Below are positions 8,181 through 15,909 of a stretch of DNA of 30,609 nucleotides, one piece after another. Every line of letters begins with the position of its first letter. The stretch's first letter is position 1. Location of the stretch: the IMG/VR virus record IMGVR_UViG_3300048447_000070, positions 1 through 30,609 of that record. One strand, given 5' to 3'. The notes below the pieces were generated by a model. It ran no database searches. It was given only the letters and a program-made list of their open reading frames with translations, and was not told the DNA's origin. The stretch comes from a virus. Taxonomy: Duplodnaviria; Caudoviricetes. The translations under genes were made by a program, and so were the position numbers.

Positions 8181-8703
8181 AAAATCAGTATTCCAAACTT
8201 TATCGGCAGTAGATGTATCTGATAAAGTTGAAAAAAAGGGAAACCTTAGTTATTTATCCTGGGCGTGGGCATGGGGTGAAGTTAAAAAAAGATATCCGAG
8301 TGCAGAGTATTGGTACTATCAAGATGATGAAACAAACCTACCAATGGCGTTTAATAATGGTTTCGGAGGTTTTTGCTATACAAGCGTGACTATTGAGGGT
8401 AATACTTTACCTATGTGGCTGCCTGTTTTAGATCATAGAAATCAATCTGTATTAAAGCCAAATGCGTTTCAAGTTAATACTACTTTAATGAGATGCTTAA
8501 CTAAAAATCTAGCGATGCATGGATTAGGACATTATATCTATGCTGGAGAAGATTTGCCAGCAAAAGAGGAAAAGCCAAATTTATCTAAATCAGATTTAGC
8601 GGCAGTTTTAAAAGGAACTAAAGAAAATGCGAGAACTGTACTTAGCTCGTATAGTATGTCTAATGAGTACAAAGAACAAATAATAAACAAATTTAAAAAT
8701 TAA
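8173..8703 (+). CDS. sak: Sak-like (Rad52-fold, DUF1071) single-strand annealing protein
   Basis: VEKKGNLSYLSWAWAW, MWLPVLD.RN and RCLTKNLAMHGLGHYIYAGEDLP are hallmark Sak/DUF1071 motifs. Confidence 0.88.
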   Translation: MSKKSVFQTLSAVDVSDKVEKKGNLSYLSWAWAWGEVKKRYPSAEYWYYQDDETNLPMAFNNGFGGFCYTSVTIEGNTLPMWLPVLDHRNQSVLKPNAFQVNTTLMRCLTKNLAMHGLGHYIYAGEDLPAKEEKPNLSKSDLAAVLKGTKENARTVLSSYSMSNEYKEQIINKFKN

Positions 8704-8707
8704 GATT

Positions 8708-9031
8708 ATGAGTCAAGAAGTTAAAAAAGAAAATCCTAACAAACCAAAGGGCATTGTTACTTTTAAAAAAAGAGATAATTCGCCAGATTTTGTTTTAGGT
8801 GACATGATATTAACGCCAAATGATTTTTTTCAATGGTGTAAACAAAATGAAAAGCATTTGACTGAGTATACAGATGATAACGGCAAAACCCATAAGCAGC
8901 TAAAATTTCAAATAAAAAATGGCGATTATGGCGTTTATTTCGAATTAAATACTTGGAAACCAGAATCTAATAAAACACAAACAAAAAAGCAAATTAATCC
9001 TGTAGAGCAAGATGATGATTTGCCATTTTAA
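8708..9031 (+). CDS. SSB-like protein
   Basis: 107 aa directly after the annealase; acidic C-terminal tip DDDLPF typical of SSBs. Confidence 0.7.
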   Translation: MSQEVKKENPNKPKGIVTFKKRDNSPDFVLGDMILTPNDFFQWCKQNEKHLTEYTDDNGKTHKQLKFQIKNGDYGVYFELNTWKPESNKTQTKKQINPVEQDDDLPF

Positions 9032-9037
9032 TTAATT

Positions 9038-9060
9038 AGGGGAGCGAAAGCTCCCTTTTT
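9038..9060 (+). terminator. Intrinsic terminator with GAAA tetraloop
   Basis: AGGGGAGC-GAAA-GCTCCCTT followed by TTT. Confidence 0.75.
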
Positions 9061-9109
9061 ATTAAACAAACTAAGATGTTTTAAAAAAACAAAATAAAAT
9101 AATTTAATC

Positions 9110-9295
9110 ATGACACGCAAAAAAACAGCAGCAGACGTTTACGACAGCACTCCAGAGGATGATAAAATATTTATGGAGGAAAGGATTACAGTATTATTAG
9201 AATACTTAGCAAATAGCAGAAACGAGGTGAAAGTTTTGGAAGGTCAAATTTTCTATTTAAAAAACAAACTAGATGAAAACGAAATTAATTACTAA
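9110..9295 (+). CDS. Small coiled-coil hypothetical protein
   Basis: 61 aa with a heptad pattern and A-rich leader; overlaps the next gene by 23 nt. Confidence 0.7.
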   Translation: MTRKKTAADVYDSTPEDDKIFMEERITVLLEYLANSRNEVKVLEGQIFYLKNKLDENEINY

Positions 9296-10043
9296 AAAGG
9301 ATACTAATGATCAATATCATTCCGATAGCTCAATTTCAGCGAGCGGATTAAAAAAGATTTTTAAAAAATCAGTATACCATCACATAAATGATCATTATAA
9401 TGAAACCTCAGCAATGGCTTTAGGGACTGCTGTACATACGATTATGATTGAGGGAGAGGATAAATTTAATCAAGATTATTATCTAATGCCAAAAACAGAT
9501 GGTAGAACTAAAGAGGGAAAGCAAGCTAGGGAAAAGCACGAAAAAATAGCAGGAGATAGGGTTTGTATTAAGCCAGAGGAGATGAATATTATTTCTGGCA
9601 TTATGAAAAACTTTAGGCATCACGAACTGGCTAAAGAGTACTGTACAGGTACAGCGGAGCTATCGCATTATGGAAAAATGGATTCAATACCTATTAGAGT
9701 TAGACCAGATGTTATTGGTAAGGACTGGATAAGTGACGTAAAAACCTGTCAAGATAATTCGCCAGTAGCATTTAAAAGAGATTTATATAAGTATGCCTAT
9801 CATTTACAGGCGTGTTTTTATTCTGATGTACTTGGATTTCCTGTAGAAAATTTTAGATTTATAGCTGTAGAAACAAAATATCCATTTAGTGTAGAGGTTT
9901 ATGCTCTAGGTGAAAAGGATATTGAAATAGGCAGAAACGCATATAGAAAGGCGCTAAGTGATTGGAAACTTTATCTGGCTACTGGATTAGTAAAAGGGTA
10001 TTCAGCGGCAGGATATAAAGATGATGGAGCTTTAATATTATAA
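9273..10043 (+). CDS. RecE/exonuclease VIII-like PD-(D/E)XK exonuclease (DUF3799-like)
   Basis: YH....ISASGLK, GTAVH, RVRPD....DVKT, YHLQACFY and FIAVE motifs; sits near the annealase. Confidence 0.88.
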   Translation: MKTKLITKKDTNDQYHSDSSISASGLKKIFKKSVYHHINDHYNETSAMALGTAVHTIMIEGEDKFNQDYYLMPKTDGRTKEGKQAREKHEKIAGDRVCIKPEEMNIISGIMKNFRHHELAKEYCTGTAELSHYGKMDSIPIRVRPDVIGKDWISDVKTCQDNSPVAFKRDLYKYAYHLQACFYSDVLGFPVENFRFIAVETKYPFSVEVYALGEKDIEIGRNAYRKALSDWKLYLATGLVKGYSAAGYKDDGALIL

Positions 10044-10044
10044 T

Positions 10045-10443
10045 ATGAAATTAAAAAAAATAAAAAAGATAGTTGATCGCCATGTAGGTTTTGACATTAG
10101 TGTAAAAAATAGAACTAGAGATGTAGTAGATGCCAGAAAAATGTATTTTGGTTTATGTAGGGAATTTACTAGCTACGGATTGAAAGTATTAGGAGATTCT
10201 ATCGATAGAGATCATTCTACGGCGCTTTACAATATAAGAAGCTGTAAAGATCTTAGAGAAATGGATAAGTTTTTTAATGAAACTTATATATCTTTAAAAA
10301 AGAAAGTGCAAACATCTTTAAATATTAAATACAATTTTGAACCAATAACTACACCTAGAGCAATACATCCAGGTTTTTTAAGATATGCAAACAAAAAATC
10401 CATTCGCAAAGTACTTGACAAAAGAAGATATTCTACAAAATAA
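10045..10443 (+). CDS. DnaA domain-IV-like helix-turn-helix protein
   Basis: RTRDVVDARKMYFGLCREFT...LG....RDHSTALY matches the DnaA C-terminal pattern (R....ARQ..MYL.R..T..S...IG...RDHTTV.H). Confidence 0.78.
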   Translation: MKLKKIKKIVDRHVGFDISVKNRTRDVVDARKMYFGLCREFTSYGLKVLGDSIDRDHSTALYNIRSCKDLREMDKFFNETYISLKKKVQTSLNIKYNFEPITTPRAIHPGFLRYANKKSIRKVLDKRRYSTK

Positions 10444-10759
10444 TGTAATGTCTTACATTAAGTTACAATATCCAAAATCTTTTGCCATCCATGTGCCTAA
10501 TGAAGGTAAGAGAACGCCATTTGAGAGATTTAAATTCAAATACCTAGGGGGTACTGCTGGAATACCAGATATTTTAATATTTGAAACTAAAAGCGATTTT
10601 AGCGGTTTAGCGATAGAATTAAAGGTAGGATATAATAAACCTACGGAAAATCAAAAGATTTGCTTAAAACGGCTTAAAAACGCCTCCTGGGATGCGCATT
10701 GGTGTAATTCATTTGATGCTGCCAAAGAAATAATAGATAATTACATGAACTATGACTGA
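10385..10759 (+). CDS. VRR-NUC domain nuclease (putative junction resolvase)
   Basis: HVPNEG, AGIPDILI, IELKVGYNKPTENQK motifs. Confidence 0.87.
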   Translation: MQTKNPFAKYLTKEDILQNNVMSYIKLQYPKSFAIHVPNEGKRTPFERFKFKYLGGTAGIPDILIFETKSDFSGLAIELKVGYNKPTENQKICLKRLKNASWDAHWCNSFDAAKEIIDNYMNYD

Positions 10760-11003
10760 TTATAGAAATGTTTACTGGAATGAAATAGATCAGAGAATGT
10801 GGCGTACAACTACAAGTATTGGAGATGTATCTATAAGATATCATTATGTAGGTACAATGACACCAGCAGAGTACGATCTATTAATAGAGGTTCTGTGGGA
10901 GCTTTTTGAAGATGATAAAATAACAGTAGCACAATTTGAGAGAATTTTTGGAGATATTAGAACTTTTTGCGATAAAGTGAAAAACATAGTAGAGAACTCC
11001 TAA
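10752..11003 (+). CDS. Hypothetical protein
   Basis: 83 aa, overlapping the previous stop; no family recognised. Confidence 0.75.
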   Translation: MTDYRNVYWNEIDQRMWRTTTSIGDVSIRYHYVGTMTPAEYDLLIEVLWELFEDDKITVAQFERIFGDIRTFCDKVKNIVENS

Positions 11004-11022
11004 ACAAACAAACAAACAAAAC
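11002..11022 (+). repeat. (AAAC)n tandem tract in the leader of the replication initiator
   Basis: AAACAAACAAACAAACAAAAC immediately before ATG 11023. Confidence 0.85.
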
Positions 11023-11751
11023 ATGAAACCAAATTACTATGCTATCATACCAGCGGATGTTAGGTATGATGATAAACTATCTTCTAGCGCTAAGTTACTT
11101 TTTGGAGAGATAACTGCTTTATCTAGTAAAAAAGGTTTATGCTGGGCGAATAATAGATATTTCTCTGAGCTGTATCAAGTAGATAAAAAAACTATTTCTA
11201 GGTGGGTAAAACTTTTAGAGGATTGCGGCTATATTACTGTAGAGATGGAATACGATAAGGAAACTAAATTAGTAGTCAAAAGAAGTATAAAAATCTCTTC
11301 ATCTTACCCTATGGACAAAAATGTCCAGGGGGGACAAAAAGATCCCCAGGGTGGGGACAAAAATGTCCAGGATAATATATATAATAATAATATTAATAAT
11401 ATAAAAGATAATAGCAGCAACTTTAAAAAAGTAGCTGATTTTGATTTAAAGTATAAAACTGCCTATGATCATATAGTAGAATTATTTGACAATAGATACA
11501 GACCGAAAAGCACAAATCAAAAAACAAAATGGCTAGATACTATTAGATTATGTGATGTAAAAGATGATGTAAATCCTAGGCAACTTTACTGGCTTTGTAA
11601 AAAAGCCGTAGCGGATGAGTTCTGGTCATCTAATTTTCTATCTATAGTTCCTATAAGGGAAAAGAAAAAAGGAATTTCAAAACTAGATAGGTTTATAAAA
11701 AAGTTTGGTGGGCAAGAATTTGAAGTATTATCCGATGATAGTAGGGAATAA
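11023..11751 (+). CDS. Phage replication initiator (N-terminal winged HTH, O-protein-like)
   Basis: YYAIIPADVRYD..LS..AKLLFGEI..L....G.CWANN.YF..LY......ISRW...L...GYI N-terminus; internal iterons and an Asn-rich linker. Confidence 0.87.
   Translation: MKPNYYAIIPADVRYDDKLSSSAKLLFGEITALSSKKGLCWANNRYFSELYQVDKKTISRWVKLLEDCGYITVEMEYDKETKLVVKRSIKISSSYPMDKNVQGGQKDPQGGDKNVQDNIYNNNINNIKDNSSNFKKVADFDLKYKTAYDHIVELFDNRYRPKSTNQKTKWLDTIRLCDVKDDVNPRQLYWLCKKAVADEFWSSNFLSIVPIREKKKGISKLDRFIKKFGGQEFEVLSDDSRE
11313..11411. repeat. Probable replication origin: iterons plus AT-rich unwinding tract
   Basis: GGACAAAAATGTCCAGG at 11313-11329 and 11355-11371, variant GGACAAAAAGATCCCCAGG at 11332-11350, followed by about 40 nt of almost pure A/T. 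Confidence 0.8.
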
Positions 11752-12268
11752 ATACATCTTAACACCACTTGAGCAAAAAATAGTAGAATTAACTGCTCAA
11801 GCTAGGCAGCATAATAAGGAGATCACAGGCGTTAATGGTAAAGGAACTGCTGCAAAAGATGATAATCATTTACATAGAAATGTAATTGGATTTGGAGGTG
11901 AGTTTATTTTCTGTAAGAATTATAATCTGTATCCAGATTTTTCTATAAAAAATACATCCAAAATACAAGGGACTGATGATTATGATGCTACTCTAAATGG
12001 AATAACAATAGATGTTAAAGTAACTGATAAAAACCTGCCTCTTATGACTCCTCATTATTCTAAATCTAAGGTGGGAGGGTTTGCTTTTTTTCATTGTAAT
12101 TATCCAGAGTATACCTTCAAAGGTTTTGCAACAAATGAACAGCTTTTTAATAAAGATAATCTCAGAAACGTAAAAGTTAAATCTTATGTTTTAGAATTAA
12201 AAAACTTGCTAAGTGAAATAGAATTTATATTTTTAAACAAACTAAACAAACAAAGAAATGAATTTTAA
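11735..12268 (+). CDS. Hypothetical protein with PD-(D/E)XK-like motif
   Basis: The ATG at 11735 is preferred over the track's TTG at 11705. G.GGE...DDYD......IDVK pattern. Confidence 0.65.
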   Translation: MIVGNKYILTPLEQKIVELTAQARQHNKEITGVNGKGTAAKDDNHLHRNVIGFGGEFIFCKNYNLYPDFSIKNTSKIQGTDDYDATLNGITIDVKVTDKNLPLMTPHYSKSKVGGFAFFHCNYPEYTFKGFATNEQLFNKDNLRNVKVKSYVLELKNLLSEIEFIFLNKLNKQRNEF

Positions 12269-13940
12269 TGAATTTTTAAATATTGGTATTATACCAAAGG
12301 GAAATTCCGTTTCCCAGAAAGTTATATGTCCGAAATGCTCCCATAACAGAAAAAACAAAAAAGATCCATGCTTATCTATAAACTTAGAAAAAGGCGTTTA
12401 TAATTGCCACAACTGTGGTTTTAGTGGTAATGTAAACTTTATTCCAAAAAAAGAATTTGTAAAACCTGTAGAGGTTAAAACTGATCTATCTGATAAGACC
12501 GTTAAATGGTTTAATAAAAGAGGCATAACGGAAGCTACCTTATCGCATTGGAAAGTAGGCGAATCTGTAGAGTATTTTCCTCAAGCCAAAAAAGAGAGAA
12601 ACGCTATAAACTTTAATTACTATAGAGAAGGTGAGTTAATTAATTGTAAATATAGAGATGGGCAAAAAAACTTCAAAATGGTTTCTGGAGCTGAATTAAT
12701 ATTCTATGGTTTAGATTCTATTAAGGAGATGAAAACTATTTACATAGTTGAGGGAGAAATGGATGCTTTGTCTTTACATGAAGCTGGCATCTATTCCGTT
12801 TGCTCTGTACCTAATGGAGCTTCTAAAGGAAACCAGAGATTAGAGTATTTAGATAACTGCTGGGAATATTTTAAAGATAAAACCGATATTATTTTATGCA
12901 CAGATAATGATCAGCCAGGATTAGCTTTAAGAAATGAACTCGCTAGAAGGTTTGGACAATATCGCTGTAAATATGTCGAGTTTGGCGATTATAAGGATGC
13001 TAATGAAGTTTTAGTAGAAAAAGGAGCAGAAGTATTAAGAAACATTTTAAAGACGTGTAAACACTTTCCTCTTGAAGGAATCGTAAACGTGAACGACATT
13101 TGGAAAGACGTTTTAAATTATAACGAAAATGGAATAAAAAACTACTCTATAGGTTTAGGAGATAGTGATGATTATTTTAAAATAGATTTTGAGGGTTCTT
13201 GGTCAGTAGTCACAGGCATACCAAACTCTGGTAAATCAGATGTAGTGGATCAAATAGCTTGCAATATGGCTGTAAAATATCGACATAGAACAGCTTTCTT
13301 TGCTCCAGAGTCATTTCCCTATGAAGGACACATAAAAAGATTAGCAAACAAGCTAAACGAGCGTTTATGCACTAATGATGATTTAAACAATACGAAGGAT
13401 TTTATAGAGGAGCATTTTTATTTTGTTAAAATTGATTTAGATAATCTTACCCTAGATGGTATTTTAAAAGCGTTTAAAGATTTAGTATTCCAAAAAGGGG
13501 TCAATTTGTTAGTTATTGATCCCTGGAATATGCTAGATCATTCAGCTCAGAGAGATCATTCCTACGTTGGCGTAATGTTATCTAAGATTACTCAGTTTTG
13601 CCAACAAACAAAAACACATCTATTCTTAGTGGCGCATCCTAGAAAAATGGAACTTAATCAAAATAATATCTATAAAGTTCCTACACCATACGACATCTCT
13701 GGATCTAGTGACTTCTTTAATAAAGCGTTTAACTGTATAACAGTTTACAGGTCCTTAGGAGAAATAACTATGTTTAAATCAGATGCCGTTCAAGTTCATA
13801 TCCAAAAAGTAAAAAGAAAGGAAAATGGAAGTCAAGGCGTTTTTACAGTCGCTCCAGATTTTAAGGATGGGGGGGTATATAAATCTATAGATGAAAAAAA
13901 ACAACGGTTTACAGTAGTTCACGATCAAGTACCATTTTAA
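12258..13940 (+). CDS. T7 gp4/Twinkle-type primase-helicase
   Basis: Zn ribbon CPKC...CHNC, TOPRIM IVEGEMDALS / DND..G / KDANE, Walker A GIPNSGKS, LLVIDPWN and LVAHPRK SF4 helicase motifs. Confidence 0.93.
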   Translation: MNFNEFLNIGIIPKGNSVSQKVICPKCSHNRKNKKDPCLSINLEKGVYNCHNCGFSGNVNFIPKKEFVKPVEVKTDLSDKTVKWFNKRGITEATLSHWKVGESVEYFPQAKKERNAINFNYYREGELINCKYRDGQKNFKMVSGAELIFYGLDSIKEMKTIYIVEGEMDALSLHEAGIYSVCSVPNGASKGNQRLEYLDNCWEYFKDKTDIILCTDNDQPGLALRNELARRFGQYRCKYVEFGDYKDANEVLVEKGAEVLRNILKTCKHFPLEGIVNVNDIWKDVLNYNENGIKNYSIGLGDSDDYFKIDFEGSWSVVTGIPNSGKSDVVDQIACNMAVKYRHRTAFFAPESFPYEGHIKRLANKLNERLCTNDDLNNTKDFIEEHFYFVKIDLDNLTLDGILKAFKDLVFQKGVNLLVIDPWNMLDHSAQRDHSYVGVMLSKITQFCQQTKTHLFLVAHPRKMELNQNNIYKVPTPYDISGSSDFFNKAFNCITVYRSLGEITMFKSDAVQVHIQKVKRKENGSQGVFTVAPDFKDGGVYKSIDEKKQRFTVVHDQVPF

Positions 13941-13941
13941 T

Positions 13942-14193
13942 ATGCCTATAAAACAAAAATATACACAGCCAACGGTAAACACAAATCAAGAGCATTATAA
14001 AGCGTTTAACTGGTGTAATAAGAACAGGATGAAAGTTTATCCTAAACCTAGAAACGGTAAATTTATATTAGTTTATACTATTGATGGAGTGGCGAAAACT
14101 ACCAATAAACTACACGATCCAAAGAAGTACCAGCAATCTATCTGGGATTTTTACCTATTTTTGTATAATAAATTTAAAGATGCTACAAATTGA
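13942..14193 (+). CDS. Hypothetical basic protein
   Basis: 83 aa starting 1 nt after the helicase stop. Confidence 0.7.
   Translation: MPIKQKYTQPTVNTNQEHYKAFNWCNKNRMKVYPKPRNGKFILVYTIDGVAKTTNKLHDPKKYQQSIWDFYLFLYNKFKDATN
14156..14163 (+). promoter_or_regulatory. -7 element starting the packaging operon
   Basis: CTATTTTTGTATAATAAA (14155-14172) is identical to 15878-15895 upstream of the portal gene. Confidence 0.65.
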
Positions 14194-14344
14194 TTTTTTT
14201 CCTCTTTACGGCTTAATGGCTGGAATAAATTATTCAAATGAAGATATAGAGGGTATCGAGGTTTTAGGAGATGATAAAAGGCATACTTTACAATTTTTCC
14301 TATTTATCTTTGGATTTAATATTCATTGGTTTACAAAATTATAG
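14180..14344 (+). CDS. Small hypothetical protein (54 aa)
   Basis: In-frame ATG 14180 of track ORF 14081..14344: MLQIDFFPLYGLMAGINY...HWFTKL. Lies just downstream of the promoter element. Confidence 0.62.
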   Translation: MLQIDFFPLYGLMAGINYSNEDIEGIEVLGDDKRHTLQFFLFIFGFNIHWFTKL

Positions 14345-14346
14345 TT

Positions 14347-14724
14347 ATGGCATACGATGTAAAAGAATTAGAGAAAAAATCTTTAGCTGCAATAAAAAAG
14401 CATAAACTTATGTTTATTGAGCATATAGTGGCATTTTTACCCTGTGGTAAAACTACTTTTTATGACTTAAAGTTGAACGAATCGAACGCTATAAAAAAGG
14501 CAGTAGAGGAAATGAGAGTATCTAAAAAGACCAAAATGCTTTCTAATTGGATAGATTCAGAAACACCATCTCTACAAATAGCAGCAATGAAAATGATATC
14601 TGAGGAGCATGAGGCGCATAGATTGAATGGAACTAAGCAGGAAATAAAACAAACAGGAGGATTAAAATCGAGGGTTATCGAGTGGATTCCAGCAGACCAG
14701 GAAAATGATACAGAGGGTAAATAG
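14347..14724 (+). CDS. terS: Terminase small subunit
   Basis: ATG 14347 (MAYDVKEL...). HTH-like segment ending KTTFY; overlaps the terL start. Confidence 0.72.
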   Translation: MAYDVKELEKKSLAAIKKHKLMFIEHIVAFLPCGKTTFYDLKLNESNAIKKAVEEMRVSKKTKMLSNWIDSETPSLQIAAMKMISEEHEAHRLNGTKQEIKQTGGLKSRVIEWIPADQENDTEGK

Positions 14725-15874
14725 ACAATTCTACGACTTAAAAAACTCTACCGCTCGCCTTAGAACACACCAGGGGGGTACTAGAAGCGGAAAAACTTAT
14801 GCCATTTGCCAGTATTTGATTTGGCTACTAACAGAAACTAAAGAACCCTTAGTAATATCTATAATCAGAAAAACACTACCAGCTTTAAAAGGTTCGGTAC
14901 AAAGAGATTTCTTAGAGATAGCAGAATCTGTAGGAATGTACGAGAATGGCGCAAATTTAAATAAAGTAGAAGGTCATTTCACTTATGCAAATCATTTAGT
15001 AGAATTTCTATCTGTGGATGACAGCCAGAAAATCAGAGGGAGAAAGCGTAACATAGCTTTTTTAAATGAGGCGAATGAATTAACTATGGAGGACTTTCGC
15101 CAAATTAACATGAGATGTACAGATTACATTATCTTGGATTTTAACCCATCTGATCCTGTTCATTGGATTTATGATGAAATAATACCTAGAGAGGACTGTG
15201 ATACCTGGATAACGACTTATAAGGATAATAAGTTTCTACCAGAGGATTTGGTTTTTGAGATAGAGAGAATGAAGGAGAGAGATCCAGATTACTGGAGAGT
15301 TTTTGGTGAAGGTCAGCAAGCCGTATTCTCAGCAAGGCAAATATTTAACAACTGGAGTTTTATACCTCATAGCGAGTTCCCAGAGTTTGATAGAGATTCT
15401 GAGGGCGTTGTAGGACTCGATTTTGGATATACTAATGATCCAACTTCCGCAAATTATATAGTTCGTAAAGGAGATACTATTTATATCCATGAACTCATTT
15501 ACAAGACAGGTCTTACAAACAGCGACATAGTGGATGAACTAACACGCCTAGGATATGATCAAACTCTAACATTCTATGATGCAGCAGAGCCAAAATCTGG
15601 CGAGGAGATGAAACGCTTGGGAATGTTTGTAAAACCAGCAGTAAAAGGATCTGGTTCAATTAATGCAGGAATATCATTACTTAAAGAGTTTAACATAATG
15701 GTAAGCCAGGAATCTAAAAACATATTAAAAGAATATAATAACTATTACTGGCAAGAGCTTAAAGATGGAACTATCATAAACAAGCCGATGGATCGATTTA
15801 ATCACGCCATGGATGCTATTAGATATGGCGTTTATTCGCAGTATGCTAAACGTGCTGATTTCTTTGTAATTTAA
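14705..15874 (+). CDS. terL: Terminase large subunit, PBSX/SPP1-like family
   Basis: QGGTRSGKT Walker A, FLNEANE Walker B, DFNP, TYKDN.FL, GLDFG..NDP and NHAMDAIRY nuclease motifs. Confidence 0.95.
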   Translation: MIQRVNRQFYDLKNSTARLRTHQGGTRSGKTYAICQYLIWLLTETKEPLVISIIRKTLPALKGSVQRDFLEIAESVGMYENGANLNKVEGHFTYANHLVEFLSVDDSQKIRGRKRNIAFLNEANELTMEDFRQINMRCTDYIILDFNPSDPVHWIYDEIIPREDCDTWITTYKDNKFLPEDLVFEIERMKERDPDYWRVFGEGQQAVFSARQIFNNWSFIPHSEFPEFDRDSEGVVGLDFGYTNDPTSANYIVRKGDTIYIHELIYKTGLTNSDIVDELTRLGYDQTLTFYDAAEPKSGEEMKRLGMFVKPAVKGSGSINAGISLLKEFNIMVSQESKNILKEYNNYYWQELKDGTIINKPMDRFNHAMDAIRYGVYSQYAKRADFFVI

Positions 15875-15878
15875 TTAC

Positions 15879-15886
15879 TATTTTTG
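15879..15886 (+). promoter_or_regulatory. -7 element upstream of portal
   Basis: Intergenic TATTTTTG with an 18-nt context identical to 14155-14172. Confidence 0.68.
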
Positions 15887-15909
15887 TATAATAAAATAAT
15901 TCTTATTTA

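Noticed and set aside
11313-11371. Mini-CRISPR array
   Set aside because: Repeats are 17-19 nt with almost no spacers and lie within a coding gene; they fit iterons.
11586-13982. Minus-strand ORFs 11586..11768 and 13779..13982
   Set aside because: Antisense to the initiator and primase-helicase genes.
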